The notes: generated by a model from the letters alone, not told the origin. Shown: positions 8,402 through 17,951, numbered from the stretch's first letter. The stretch: DNA of 45,975 nucleotides from Promethearchaeota archaeon (GCA_048938385.1 JBHLMG010000018.1:1-45975), one strand, 5' to 3'. Translations and numbers: made by a program.

Positions 8402-9181
8402 TTAAAAGGGGAAGTGCCAGAAAAACCAATCTGGTAGGAGTGCAGGGGCATAAACCCGTACATAGAAGGTGATGAAGAGGGCGAAAAGGAGGAAACACAA
8501 TGTGAGACTGATCATTACATAATCGCTTCGGCGTAAGTTCAAATCGTAGAGACTGGTACGAGTTGCTGTGGATCCGAACGCACGGGATTCGAGGCTTTCG
8601 GCGACTTGAAGGGCACGCCGAATAGAACTAACGATAATAGGAATTAAGATGGGAATGTAATTGCGAACTTTCTGAAGAAGGTTACCCCGTTCCAGTTCTA
8701 GCCCCCGAGACATTTGAGCGTCACGAATAGTTTCGGTTTCCGTTGCAATGGTTGGCACATAGCGAACAGCCATTGAAAAGGCGAACGCGAATTCGTAGGG
8801 GATGTGGAGTTTGATGAGAGCAAGGGCAAAGTCATCTGGGTGGACAGTGAGAAAGAACAGAGAAAAAGCCGTCATCAAAACGACAAGGCGAAGCACGGTG
8901 GACAAAGCAAAGGAGAAGGTGATAAAGAAGGTGTTGATAATGAGAATGAACCCTGCAAGGATACCTAATCCCCGCAAGCTTTTGGACCATTGCCTACCAG
9001 ATCGGGCTAAGAGTATGAAGGGCAGCATTGTAGCGAGAATGAGCAGGAGAGGCACAATTTCGAGGAAAAGCATTCCAATAATAGAGAAAGTGATAGCCAT
9101 GAAGAAGGTGGTACGAGGATCGAGGCGGTGCATTAGGGTGTCTTTTTGCTTGAACCGAAAAGCCTCAAAAATCGCGGCCAT
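8402..9181 (-). CDS. ecfT: ECF transporter transmembrane component T
   Basis: MHRLDPRT, AVRYVPT, AQMSRG, ESLESRAF. Confidence 0.93.
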   Translation of the reverse strand: MAAIFEAFRFKQKDTLMHRLDPRTTFFMAITFSIIGMLFLEIVPLLLILATMLPFILLARSGRQWSKSLRGLGILAGFILIINTFFITFSFALSTVLRLVVLMTAFSLFFLTVHPDDFALALIKLHIPYEFAFAFSMAVRYVPTIATETETIRDAQMSRGLELERGNLLQKVRNYIPILIPIIVSSIRRALQVAESLESRAFGSTATRTSLYDLNLRRSDYVMISLTLCFLLFALFITFYVRVYAPALLPDWFFWHFPF

Positions 9182-9182
9182 G

Positions 9183-10010
9183 TCAGGAAGGCCTCCTTAC
9201 CACGGTATTGACGGCTTTTACGGCTTCAGGTAATGTGAGGATGTCGGTAGGAAAGGTGTTGACCTCTTTGGCGAGGCGGTGGGCAAATTGGGTTAATTGT
9301 GGTGGTAACAACCGTGCGCGTTCTAAGATTGCAGGATTGCTCAAGATTTGGCGCGGAGACCCATCGGCGAGAATTTGTCCTTGGGAGAGGATGATGAGAC
9401 GATCTACCGCTTTCACGGCGAATTCAACATCATGAGTAACCAACAGGAGAATGTGTTCAGGACTTCTGAAAGACGCTATGAAGTCTAGGAGCTTTTGCTT
9501 TTGCAGGGCATCTTGAGCCTGAGTCGGTTCGTCGAGTATGAGAATATTGGGTTCTACGCACAGCACTGACGCCAAGGCTAGTCGCTTTCGTTCACCGCCA
9601 CTGAGCAGGAAGGGAGATTGGTCTTGATAGGGGGTTAATTCGACCAGATCAATAAATTGGGTGACTCGTTTACGGATTTCATCTTCGGGAAAACCGAGAT
9701 TCCGTAAGGCAAAGGACACCTCGTCGGTAAGGGTGTCTGCGAAGAGTTGATGGTCTGCATTTTGGAACACGAAACCCACTTTCCGCGCTAGCAAAGCCGT
9801 TGTCGTATCGCGCGTATCAACGCCATCAACTGTGACGGTTCCTGAAGAGGGTTTGAGTAACCCATTGATGTGCTTAACTAAGGTGGTCTTTCCCGCGCCA
9901 TTTTCACCCATTAGGCCAATGACTTCACCTGGTTGTATATGCACACAGACATCACGAAGAACCGGATAGCCGGGATCGTAATGGAAGTGGACTCCATCAA
10001 AGTGAATCAC
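9183..10010 (-). CDS. ecfA2: ECF transporter ATPase
   Basis: GENGAGKTT, FQNADHQLF, LSGGERKR, LDEPT. Confidence 0.93.
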   Translation of the reverse strand: MIHFDGVHFHYDPGYPVLRDVCVHIQPGEVIGLMGENGAGKTTLVKHINGLLKPSSGTVTVDGVDTRDTTTALLARKVGFVFQNADHQLFADTLTDEVSFALRNLGFPEDEIRKRVTQFIDLVELTPYQDQSPFLLSGGERKRLALASVLCVEPNILILDEPTQAQDALQKQKLLDFIASFRSPEHILLLVTHDVEFAVKAVDRLIILSQGQILADGSPRQILSNPAILERARLLPPQLTQFAHRLAKEVNTFPTDILTLPEAVKAVNTVVRRPS

Positions 10011-10852
10011 TGGCGCACCTCCTTTACAAGTGCTTTCACGGCAGCTTCAACGGAGAGCGGAACGGTGCCACGAAGATGTGGTTGCGGCATTTGCTGAAAG
10101 AGCTGGATTATTGGAGGAACCGCAACGCCAACCTGAGACACGATAGGATCCTGAATCACTTGTGCTGGTGAACCCGTTGCAACCAAGCGTCCTTGACTCA
10201 ACACGAAGAGTTCTTGGATATGAGGAAGGACGAGTTCTAAGCGGTGTTCGATGAGCAAGATTGTCAGGCGCATCGTCTTATTAAGCGTGGCAAGCAGCTG
10301 TAGGGTTTCATACGCAGAAAGGGGATCGAGGTTCGCAGTGGGTTCATCTAGCACTAAAATATCTGGTTCCAGTGCTAATACAGCTGCAATCGCCACTCGT
10401 TGTTGTTCACCCCCTGAAAGCTCATAGGGCGCCTTATCACGGAGAAGTTCAAGGTGAAGATGGTGAATAAGGGTTTCAATCCGATCACGGATTTGCTCTC
10501 GAGGTACGCCGAGGTTTTCTGGGCCAAAGGCTAGTTCCCGTTCGACCGTAGGAGCCACGAGTTGGTTCTCAGGATTTTGAAAAACCAGACCCACCTTTTC
10601 GGCGAGTTCATGGGCAGGATGTTCTTGAGTATTCAATCCTTGAACTTGCACTTGGCCTTCGAGTTCACCAGGATGAAAGTGAGGAATCAACCCATTTAGA
10701 CAGCGAGCAAGGGTCGTTTTCCCACATCCGCTTGGACCCACTAGTCCAACGAAGGCGCCTTGAGGAATCGCGAGTGTGATGTCGTCTAATACCTTCTTTT
10801 TAGAGCCCGCATAGCGAAAAGACAGCTTGGAGATTTCAACACTCACACTCAA
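10007..10852 (-). CDS. ecfA1: ECF transporter ATPase
   Basis: GPSGCGKTT, FQNPENQL, LSGGEQQR, LDEPTANLD. Confidence 0.93.
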   Translation of the reverse strand: MSVSVEISKLSFRYAGSKKKVLDDITLAIPQGAFVGLVGPSGCGKTTLARCLNGLIPHFHPGELEGQVQVQGLNTQEHPAHELAEKVGLVFQNPENQLVAPTVERELAFGPENLGVPREQIRDRIETLIHHLHLELLRDKAPYELSGGEQQRVAIAAVLALEPDILVLDEPTANLDPLSAYETLQLLATLNKTMRLTILLIEHRLELVLPHIQELFVLSQGRLVATGSPAQVIQDPIVSQVGVAVPPIIQLFQQMPQPHLRGTVPLSVEAAVKALVKEVRQ

Positions 10853-11892
10853 TCACCCACGGGTTGGGAACCACCGGGTTGCTTGGATGTGTTGTGATGA
10901 GCCTTTAGAGCTTTTCGTAGTAATTGAAGGGCAAGTCCAAGGGCATGATCACCGGAAGCAGGTCCGTTCGCTCCTGCGGCTGAAGGGTGTCCACCGCCTG
11001 CGCCACCAATTAATTCCCCTAAGGGTTCCATGACATCCTTAGCTAGATCAAGGCCGCAATTGCGGACGACAGCCATCGTCGCCCGCGCACTAAGACGCAC
11101 CTCGTCTTTCTTTGCGGCGCAAGCAATCGCAATGTCGGCACCAGCGCTGATGAGGGAACGACACACACTAGCTTCGTAGGATCGAATCGTAGTAACCACA
11201 ATCAGGAGGTCGTTTTCATCATAAACAACAGCGCGTTTAGCAGCTTTCAACCGCGCCACCCGTTCGGATTTATCGAGGGGTGTGAATAACAGGGAGAGGA
11301 CCTGCTCGTACTCGGCGCCATAATTTAGCAGAGTGTTAAAATGCTCAAAGGTACTGTTCACGGCTATGTGGAAATGGCGCGAATCATAGACTAGCCCTGT
11401 GGCAAGTAGTGTCGCTGCAGCTGGGGTGGGCGCCTGGTCACTGGCTTCCCATAACTGTAAAACCAATTCGGCCGTTGATCGAATTTGCTCATCGTACAGT
11501 AGGTAATCAGCAAGCTTAGGCAGGTCCTTATGCGGAATATGATGGTCGATACAAAAAGAAATGGTTTGGTCGCGTGGTAGATGGTTTATAAGCTCCCCAA
11601 ACTGCTCCTCATTATTCAAATCCACCAACACAATCACCGAATGTTCGCTTAGGGTGTCTGGTGGAGCAATTGTGAGGTTGAACGCGTTGAGTACATTGGT
11701 GGCGCTTCGATTGAGGCCTTCTGCATAGATATGGGATTCGATGCCTCCCTGGCGCTCGAGTAGAATGGCAAGCGCTGCTGCGCTGCCCAGAGCGTCAGGA
11801 TCTGCACTCTGGTGCAACACTAAGGCAACAGGAGTCTTTGTTGCCTTAGCTAAAAGAGTAGAAAGGAATTGAGAGGGATTTAGCTGTTTCAA
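10849..11892 (-). CDS. DHH/DHHA1 phosphoesterase (NrnA-like)
   Basis: HQSADPDALGS, VD, IDHH, YDS, GGGHPSAAG; usual position downstream of prefoldin beta. Confidence 0.92.
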   Translation of the reverse strand: MKQLNPSQFLSTLLAKATKTPVALVLHQSADPDALGSAAALAILLERQGGIESHIYAEGLNRSATNVLNAFNLTIAPPDTLSEHSVIVLVDLNNEEQFGELINHLPRDQTISFCIDHHIPHKDLPKLADYLLYDEQIRSTAELVLQLWEASDQAPTPAAATLLATGLVYDSRHFHIAVNSTFEHFNTLLNYGAEYEQVLSLLFTPLDKSERVARLKAAKRAVVYDENDLLIVVTTIRSYEASVCRSLISAGADIAIACAAKKDEVRLSARATMAVVRNCGLDLAKDVMEPLGELIGGAGGGHPSAAGANGPASGDHALGLALQLLRKALKAHHNTSKQPGGSQPVGD

Positions 11893-11947
11893 AGACTAGT
11901 CCCGCCGTCTGAATGGGGTTTTCAGCCAGAATGCACAAGAGTTCAGA

Positions 11948-12313
11948 CTAACCTGCAGGAGCAGAGCCGGGTTGCCCAAGCATACCGCGGAGTGTTTCTT
12001 GAAGCGTGTCGTACTGTTTGCGTAATTGAGCCTCTTGCTTCTCCAAGGATTTGAGTCGAACATCTAATGCATCACTTTGTTCCTGTAATGTTGTTGTGGC
12101 TTTTGGTTTCGTCGTCTTGAAAAGGAGAGGCCCTGCAGCCTGGTAGATGATGCTTTTGGCTGTCAATCCTTTGACCTGTTCAAGGGCGTTTTTGGTTTCT
12201 GCTACTTGTTGTTTCACCTGGAGCAGGAGAGCTGTGACATACTGTAGACTATCACGGGTCTGTTGAACGCGTACCAGTTGCTGACGAACACGAGGAGGAA
12301 GCTCTTCACCCAT
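11948..12313 (-). CDS. pfdB: Prefoldin beta subunit
   Basis: ELPPRVRQQL; coiled coils flanking IYQAAGPLLFK; exosome-operon context. Confidence 0.92.
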   Translation of the reverse strand: MGEELPPRVRQQLVRVQQTRDSLQYVTALLLQVKQQVAETKNALEQVKGLTAKSIIYQAAGPLLFKTTKPKATTTLQEQSDALDVRLKSLEKQEAQLRKQYDTLQETLRGMLGQPGSAPAG

Positions 12314-12596
12314 TGTTCTTCACCGTAAATTGCCGTACACCATCGGCCACCAGGTACAAGCGCAGGAGCGATGTTGCAGCGGCGCGTAGAGCAGTTACAT
12401 CCTTAGCGACGAGGTGAACCGTGATGAGATTTTGGCTGGAGGTACTGTGCAGCTTGAGTCTTTTTGAATCTATCGACGCTAGCTCTGGTTGCAAGGCTGC
12501 GAGTATCGTATCACGGGATTTGACTGAGTCAACTTGTATCTGGATTGTAAGGGTGTAGGGTGCTGGCGGGGTCTTTGAGGACTTACGCTTTACCAT
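12306..12596 (-). CDS. pcc1: KEOPS complex subunit Pcc1
   Basis: ILAALQPE...AKDVTALRAAATSLLRL; lies between Brix and prefoldin. Confidence 0.9.
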   Translation of the reverse strand: MVKRKSSKTPPAPYTLTIQIQVDSVKSRDTILAALQPELASIDSKRLKLHSTSSQNLITVHLVAKDVTALRAAATSLLRLYLVADGVRQFTVKNNG

Positions 12597-13150
12597 CGTT
12601 TTCGCTCTCCCATGGGACGGGATAAGAAATGTTTGACACCGAGTCTGGGACCTAAGGGTTGTTGTTCGTCTCGTGTCATAAATGCCAGTGTTTTGGGGTG
12701 ACTTAGCTTAACCAGTAATAGGGCGCTCTCTCCGGGAAGCTCCGTGAGCTTAGCGCGTTGTATACAGGGAATTTCGAGGGCTTGAGCGAGGAGCTCCGCC
12801 CGCGTTTGATCCTGAGGAGTATCTGGAAGTACATACAATTGGGTCGGCTTACGAGGAGAAGGAGCTGGATTTTCACGAAGAAGCTGGACAGACTTCAGAA
12901 TGATTGTAGGGGGTGCAAATTTCCAGTTTTCTTCGGTGTACTCTAAGAAACCGAAGCGACCGGGGTTCCCGTGGAACGCACCCACAAGAAGTATTCGGGT
13001 TGCACCTAGATCTTGTGCGGCTTCACAGTAGTCCATGAACCCTTGTTTTCCACGCGTTATTCGGATGGATCCTGGGATGACCCAATTTAGTTCCTTGATG
13101 AAACTTCGGATTCGTTGCGTGGGTTTACGCGTAGCTCCAATGGCAATCAC
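12590..13150 (-). CDS. Brix/Imp4-like ribosome biogenesis protein
   Basis: [34 protein letters not shown]. Confidence 0.9.
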   Translation of the reverse strand: MIAIGATRKPTQRIRSFIKELNWVIPGSIRITRGKQGFMDYCEAAQDLGATRILLVGAFHGNPGRFGFLEYTEENWKFAPPTIILKSVQLLRENPAPSPRKPTQLYVLPDTPQDQTRAELLAQALEIPCIQRAKLTELPGESALLLVKLSHPKTLAFMTRDEQQPLGPRLGVKHFLSRPMGERKRW

Positions 13151-13422
13151 GTGTCTCGCCGGCTAGCTGATCGTTCACGGAAAGACCGGAGAATCTTTTG
13201 AGCGTCGGTGGCAGGGACATAGGCTCCACCAGTGAAAGTGTGCCCGCATTTACGGCAGTTCCAGATGCCTGTGGATACGCGACGAACCGCTTTAGTTTGA
13301 CAGCTTGGGCATTTATGTCGAGCCTTCATATTGGCTTCAATTTTTTGGACTTGTTGGCGAAGCGTTACGCCATAGCGTGGGCCAAAGCGTCCGGCGCGTC
13401 CAACCTTTTTTGTGCGTCCCAT
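13147..13422 (-). CDS. rpl37ae: 50S ribosomal protein L37Ae (eL43)
   Basis: [22 protein letters not shown]...[15 protein letters not shown]; start at ATG 13422. Confidence 0.97.
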   Translation of the reverse strand: MGRTKKVGRAGRFGPRYGVTLRQQVQKIEANMKARHKCPSCQTKAVRRVSTGIWNCRKCGHTFTGGAYVPATDAQKILRSFRERSASRRDT

Positions 13423-13429
13423 GGAATTC

Positions 13430-14224
13430 TCACCTTGAGGGAAGCTGTTTTCGCATCTTTTTAACGATTTTGCTTCCTCGTTCAACGATTTCAGTGACTT
13501 CTTGGTAGGTGAAAGGGGCGGTGCCATACTTTTGCATAGAGCAGAGAGTGTCATCTCCGTCAAACGCGATCGAGAGGCGAGCATCCATCACTTCCTCTTC
13601 CTTTAGGGATGGGTCGGCAATTAGATAATCGCCTATTTTTGCAAATGTTAGCGTTAACGGTGGTGCGCCCATTTCAAACGAGGCTGTTTCTTCTAAGAGC
13701 TCAGCCTCACCGTCGTCAAGGACTTTGACCTTGGGGAGCTTGGTATCCATCAGAGCAGCAATGGCAGCAAGAGAGGCCGTGTCGATGAGGTTGCCATGAT
13801 CAGCGAGAACATAGATGTCGACTAAGACCATGTAGACATGTTCGCCAGGCTTGATGCATAGAGAAGTTCGTTTGATAGCATCAGAATGGCGAATGCCGCG
13901 GTCAACGACCCGGGCTAATTCGATGGCTTGTTCACCCGGTGGACCTAACTCGAATTTTGGTGAAGCGAGAGGAAGTAACTCCGCTGTGGTAATAACAACC
14001 CCTTCATCGGGAGTGTCAGGGAATGGTCGTCCCACCTGGATCTTCACGCCTGCAACGATCCGGCTATCACCTAACCAGGCTTCGGCTGATCCTTCAGCTT
14101 TCGATACGACATTTTGGGTAATTTGTATTGGACGAAGATCGTCAAAACCTCGACCATCCTCTCGTTTTCCTTCACGGAGTAAGGAGATAATTCGTTCACG
14201 ATCGATTTCTGTAACAATATTCAT
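13430..14224 (-). CDS. rrp42: Exosome subunit Rrp42
   Basis: [41 protein letters not shown]. Confidence 0.97.
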   Translation of the reverse strand: MNIVTEIDRERIISLLREGKREDGRGFDDLRPIQITQNVVSKAEGSAEAWLGDSRIVAGVKIQVGRPFPDTPDEGVVITTAELLPLASPKFELGPPGEQAIELARVVDRGIRHSDAIKRTSLCIKPGEHVYMVLVDIYVLADHGNLIDTASLAAIAALMDTKLPKVKVLDDGEAELLEETASFEMGAPPLTLTFAKIGDYLIADPSLKEEEVMDARLSIAFDGDDTLCSMQKYGTAPFTYQEVTEIVERGSKIVKKMRKQLPSR

Positions 14225-14245
14225 TAATTTCGTCCTCCTTTAGAT

Positions 14246-15199
14246 CTAGCTTGAATTTTCTTCATTCGGATTTGCCGGTTTTCGTGTTTTCGAACTTTTC
14301 GGTTTTTCTTCGCCAGAATCGGTTGTAGCGGTTTTTTTAGTTTTGGTGGCTCGCTTCGTTTTCGACCTTTTTGGCTTCTCGGGTTCAACCTTTTCTAACG
14401 GTGCCTCGTCGGTGTCGTTATCCGGGAAGTCTTCATCCAAATCTTCTGATACTTCACCAACTTCTTCACGAACTTTGGCGTATTTTTCTAGAAGTACAGC
14501 TTTCTGCATTTCAAGAATCCGATGAATCCCATCTTCAGCCATTTGTAGGGCTTTTGCGAGTTCCTTTTCGGTGAGCTTCCCGTCCATTTGCAGCAGGGTA
14601 ATTTCCCCACGTTCAGGGTTCATTACAACCGGAAGATCTGCGTCTCCGACCTTATCTTCAATATCGTTCATGTCCACGGCTATTTTGCCCTCAATTTTTC
14701 CGGCAGCACATCCAGCAACTAATCCGCGCATGGGAATCCCTGCATCTGCAAGCGCTAAGGAGGCCACCGTGGCACTGGCACAGCGCGATCCACCGTCAGC
14801 TTCTAACACAGTTATGAAGACATCAACAACTGCTCGTGGATACAATTCTAAGAAAAGCATTGGTTCTAGGGCTTGACGAAGAACCATAGAAATTTCATAC
14901 TCGCGTCGACTGGGAGCCGGGCGTTTACGATCGGAGACTGAGAAGGTGGCCATCCGGTAAGTTACCCTCAGTAAGGCTCGATCTGAAATGGATAGATGAC
15001 GTGGATGTAGTTCTCGTGGGCCATATACGGCCGCAAAGATCTTGTTACGACCATGTTCAATGTAGGCAGACCCATCTGGTCGACTTAGACTGCCCACTTC
15101 TAACCGGACGGGTCGGAGTTCATCTAGTTTTCGTCCATCCGTTCGTAGTCCCTTGCTATCAATCAACGGTGTTTTTTCTTCAGGCGTTTTTTCACTCAT
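14246..15199 (-). CDS. rrp41: Exosome exonuclease Rrp41 with low-complexity C-terminal tail
   Basis: GLRTDGRK, VYGPRE.HPRH, RKRPAPSRRE.EIS, ADGGSRCA, LLQMDG. Confidence 0.97.
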   Translation of the reverse strand: MSEKTPEEKTPLIDSKGLRTDGRKLDELRPVRLEVGSLSRPDGSAYIEHGRNKIFAAVYGPRELHPRHLSISDRALLRVTYRMATFSVSDRKRPAPSRREYEISMVLRQALEPMLFLELYPRAVVDVFITVLEADGGSRCASATVASLALADAGIPMRGLVAGCAAGKIEGKIAVDMNDIEDKVGDADLPVVMNPERGEITLLQMDGKLTEKELAKALQMAEDGIHRILEMQKAVLLEKYAKVREEVGEVSEDLDEDFPDNDTDEAPLEKVEPEKPKRSKTKRATKTKKTATTDSGEEKPKSSKTRKPANPNEENSS

Positions 15200-15902
15200 T
15201 GGTTTCACCTTTTGTTTCTGAAAGCTTTGCGCTAATGGTTTCGCGAATACGGTCAGTTAATCCGCTAGTGTGTGCTTCGCGTTGGATTTGGTGGATGGCG
15301 TCAATTGCTATTGCCACCCGTTCGGGTCGTCCTTTCAACCACACTACGCCGTTTTGTCCCACAACGATGTCGGTTTGTAACTCGGTTTTAAGCATATTTA
15401 TCATCGAACCTTTACGACCGATTAATCGAGGGACACGAGTCGGAATGACATGGATGAGAACACCTCCTCGGATTTTTCCAAGTCCTCGACCGCGGGTGGT
15501 GATAAGAGGATCCCGTGTTCGATCCGAAGCGATGATTTCAGCTACAACGGTTTCGCCGATATCATACCATCTTCGGAGGTCGTCTTTGGCTTGTGTGGCA
15601 TCACGGCGTGAGAGTGCATGCATCACAGGAAGCATAGCGGGATAGGGGCTGTGAATGTCTACTAGCCAACCATTCAAGGTGATTTCTGTGATGATGCCGA
15701 TGATAATATCACGGATTTTTGGGATGTATTGTCCTTGGAGAGGAACAACATAGACCGTTTTGCCTTTCATCTTAACCAGACCAATTACTGCTGCAAAGAT
15801 TTTCTCTTGTTCCTTATAGGCACCACTTCCGTGGCGGTAATCGCCTTCGGCAAGTAACTGTCCTGGAACAACGATATCTTGCTGTTGAAAATGAATTGAC
15901 AC
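15192..15902 (-). CDS. rrp4: Exosome cap subunit Rrp4
   Basis: VVPGQLL; S1 domain; KH motif PRLIGRKGSMI; AHTSGLTD. Confidence 0.97.
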   Translation of the reverse strand: MSIHFQQQDIVVPGQLLAEGDYRHGSGAYKEQEKIFAAVIGLVKMKGKTVYVVPLQGQYIPKIRDIIIGIITEITLNGWLVDIHSPYPAMLPVMHALSRRDATQAKDDLRRWYDIGETVVAEIIASDRTRDPLITTRGRGLGKIRGGVLIHVIPTRVPRLIGRKGSMINMLKTELQTDIVVGQNGVVWLKGRPERVAIAIDAIHQIQREAHTSGLTDRIRETISAKLSETKGETNE

Positions 15903-15916
15903 AGTTGTTTGTTCTC

Positions 15917-16657
15917 CTATACTGTTTCTTTCTTCAGGATTTTAATTTCGGCTCGTCCCCGGGTGAGGTTATTAAGCGCATCGATGAGTTCGCCGCGTAG
16001 ACCCCCAGGTACTTCAACGATAGCAATCCAAGAGCCATCGGTTTGCCATTCATCTTTAGCAATGGTGCCTAACCGTTCAACGATGCCGTAGGCTTTGGGA
16101 GCAAAGTCAGGAGGAATTTTCACAGCAATTTGCTGAATTTCCATGCGAATAGGGATGATTGGCTGAAGGGCTTTGACCACATCTCGAGCTTGTTCTTCAG
16201 CAGTACGAGTGGAATCAATAGTGACATTCGCTTCTTCCATTGCTGATTCAATGCGGTTTGGGGGATGAGGAAGCCCGGTTTTGGGATTGATTGAGTTTCG
16301 AACAATGATATCAATAATTTGGCGTCGACGTTTCGCCATCATCTCACGGCGTTGCTCAGCAGTAAGTTGGAGCGAGCCTTTTTCAAGGATTTGTCGTGCG
16401 ACTTCAAGTTCATCGATAGTTCCAAAAACCTCTTCTAAGTCTTCATCTGGAGATTTTTTACTCCTCAGAGCGTCTTCAAAGATCATGTCGCCTCGGATGA
16501 CCTCGCGGAGATCGATGGCTTCACCCTGTTTATAACTCCAGGCAAGCTTGGGATCCACAATGATTTCAAAGCGTTTGCCATGGGTTTCTAAACGTGCGAG
16601 TGCTCTATCACCTAGGTCAACGCGTTTGTCTCCTCGCATTCCACCCATACCTGACAT
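15917..16657 (-). CDS. sbds: Ribosome maturation factor SBDS/Sdo1
   Basis: ARL..HGKRFEIIVDP, FGT, LQLTAEQRR, INPKTGLPHPP.RIE.AMEEA; ATG 16657 follows GGTGA. Confidence 0.97.
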   Translation of the reverse strand: MSGMGGMRGDKRVDLGDRALARLETHGKRFEIIVDPKLAWSYKQGEAIDLREVIRGDMIFEDALRSKKSPDEDLEEVFGTIDELEVARQILEKGSLQLTAEQRREMMAKRRRQIIDIIVRNSINPKTGLPHPPNRIESAMEEANVTIDSTRTAEEQARDVVKALQPIIPIRMEIQQIAVKIPPDFAPKAYGIVERLGTIAKDEWQTDGSWIAIVEVPGGLRGELIDALNNLTRGRAEIKILKKETV

Positions 16658-16662
16658 GATTC

Positions 16663-16811
16663 TCACCATTCTTGTTGGTAAGTTGCAAAGAGTGCTTCAA
16701 CGGGCTTCTCATCTAGTTGATGGAACAGGTTTCTCTGTTTTTGTGAGTCAAATCGCTGTGAACCCATGGGGATATCAGAGCGACATCATAACTCTGCGAA
16801 TTGCTGAGCAA
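16663..16811 (-). pseudogene. Possible decayed remnant of proteasome alpha subunit gene (psmA)
   Basis: Located at the conserved psmA slot. GGAGG then TTG gives MLSNSQSYDVALISP (compare YDRAITxFSPDG). A second frame gives ...NLFHQLDEKPVEALF...EW* whose stop overlaps the SBDS RBS. Similarity is weak. Confidence 0.35.
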
Positions 16812-16958
16812 TGAGGGTTCCTCCAAGTCAGATAAGAAGGGGACGGGGTTAAAGCCCTCTTACTACATGTTACCTCTTGCAGAATTGCCGAATAGCACTA
16901 GCGCCTTTAAAATATTGTTGTTGAAAGAGAGCAACCGACTGAAGGCTTGTTTGTGTAG

Positions 16959-17339
16959 TTAATCTTGTGCTGAATGAATATAGTAGACAACACCAATACA
17001 CAGCAAACCGGTGAGTAAAGCGTGAAGGGGACCAAACCCGGTAAGCGCTACAACCACGATGATGATAAAGAGAACGATCACTTCAAACCATCCTGCAGAT
17101 TCACCGTACCATTCACGGAGATTGCCAAACAAGATGACAAGCCCGATAAAGGTCATGGTTAGAAGGAAAATTTCTATTACGCCAGTAACCACTGGTCCAA
17201 TAAAGTCTAAGAAGGGACCTATTGGACCATAACGAGTGAACAGCAACGCAAGGAGAATACTAAAACAAATAATCGCCAGCGCGCTCAAAAGCATGGTGCG
17301 ACTCATGAATTGTCGGTCACGAGTTTTACCTGCAGACAT
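16959..17339 (-). CDS. Small hypothetical integral membrane protein (about 4 TM)
   Basis: Four hydrophobic segments; no recognised family. Confidence 0.75.
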   Translation of the reverse strand: MSAGKTRDRQFMSRTMLLSALAIICFSILLALLFTRYGPIGPFLDFIGPVVTGVIEIFLLTMTFIGLVILFGNLREWYGESAGWFEVIVLFIIIVVVALTGFGPLHALLTGLLCIGVVYYIHSAQD

Positions 17340-17422
17340 TATCGAAGCAGCCTCACGAGTAGCTTGGGATGCGAAGACTCAAAAGGTGAGAGGCTTTTAA
17401 GTCTTTGGCTGTGGAATACTCA

Positions 17423-17866
17423 ATGGCTATTCCTCGCATAACCCGAATTCAATTAACCTCAGCACATCGACGGCAATTATATGGAATTCGTCGTCGAGCC
17501 TTGCCCTACGAAGGCTGTGGGCTGCTGTTAGGAACCTACACACAAAAAGGGTTAGTTGCCCAAGTTGTTCGTATAGCTGAAACGGAAAACGCGGCGAAGT
17601 CTTCGTCAACCTTTGCTATTGATCCTGAACACCAATATTGCATCTTGACGGCCGCATCGAAGGATGGGCTTGAACAGGTAGGAATCTACCACTCGCATCC
17701 AGCACCACCCACACCTTCAGCTTGGGACCTAGAATTTATGGAATACAACCCTTGCGTCTGGGTCATTGACGGGATTCAGGGTGACCGATTCCGAATGAAG
17801 GCATACCAACTCTGGCAGGGCGTCCTTGTAGGCGTTCAAATCAAAATTACACCTACTAATTTGTGA
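17423..17866 (+). CDS. JAMM/MPN+ (M67 family) zinc metalloprotease
   Basis: PYEGCGLLLG, FAIDP, VGIYHSHPAPPTPSAWD. TATA-like CTTTTAAG about 25 nt upstream of ATG 17423. Confidence 0.92.
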   Translation: MAIPRITRIQLTSAHRRQLYGIRRRALPYEGCGLLLGTYTQKGLVAQVVRIAETENAAKSSSTFAIDPEHQYCILTAASKDGLEQVGIYHSHPAPPTPSAWDLEFMEYNPCVWVIDGIQGDRFRMKAYQLWQGVLVGVQIKITPTNL

Positions 17867-17876
17867 AAGGAAAAGG

Positions 17877-17951
17877 CGGGGCTCTCGGCTCGTCGCGAGG
17901 TCGTCATTGCACAAGGCTCAGCTTGGAGCGGCGGGGCTTCACCGAGCCCCG
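17877..17951 (-). ncRNA. Box C/D guide sRNA (putative)
   Basis: Minus strand: stem CGGGGCUC, G, C box GUGAAGC, 14-nt guide, D' CUGA, short hairpin, C' AUGACGA, 12-nt guide, D CCGA, stem GAGCCCCG, then a pyrimidine run. Confidence 0.75.

Noticed and set aside
13423-13584. N-terminal extension of eL43 given by the ORF track
   Set aside because: Overlaps rrp42; the conserved protein starts at MGRTKK (13422).
8802-16814. Long antisense ORFs (8802-9233, 13851-14243, 15001-15645, 16548-16814 and similar)
   Set aside because: Overlap well-conserved genes on the opposite strand and show no protein motifs.
16670-16958. Second C/D sRNA (ATGATG...CTGA on minus strand)
   Set aside because: Box spacing too short, no second box pair and no terminal stem.
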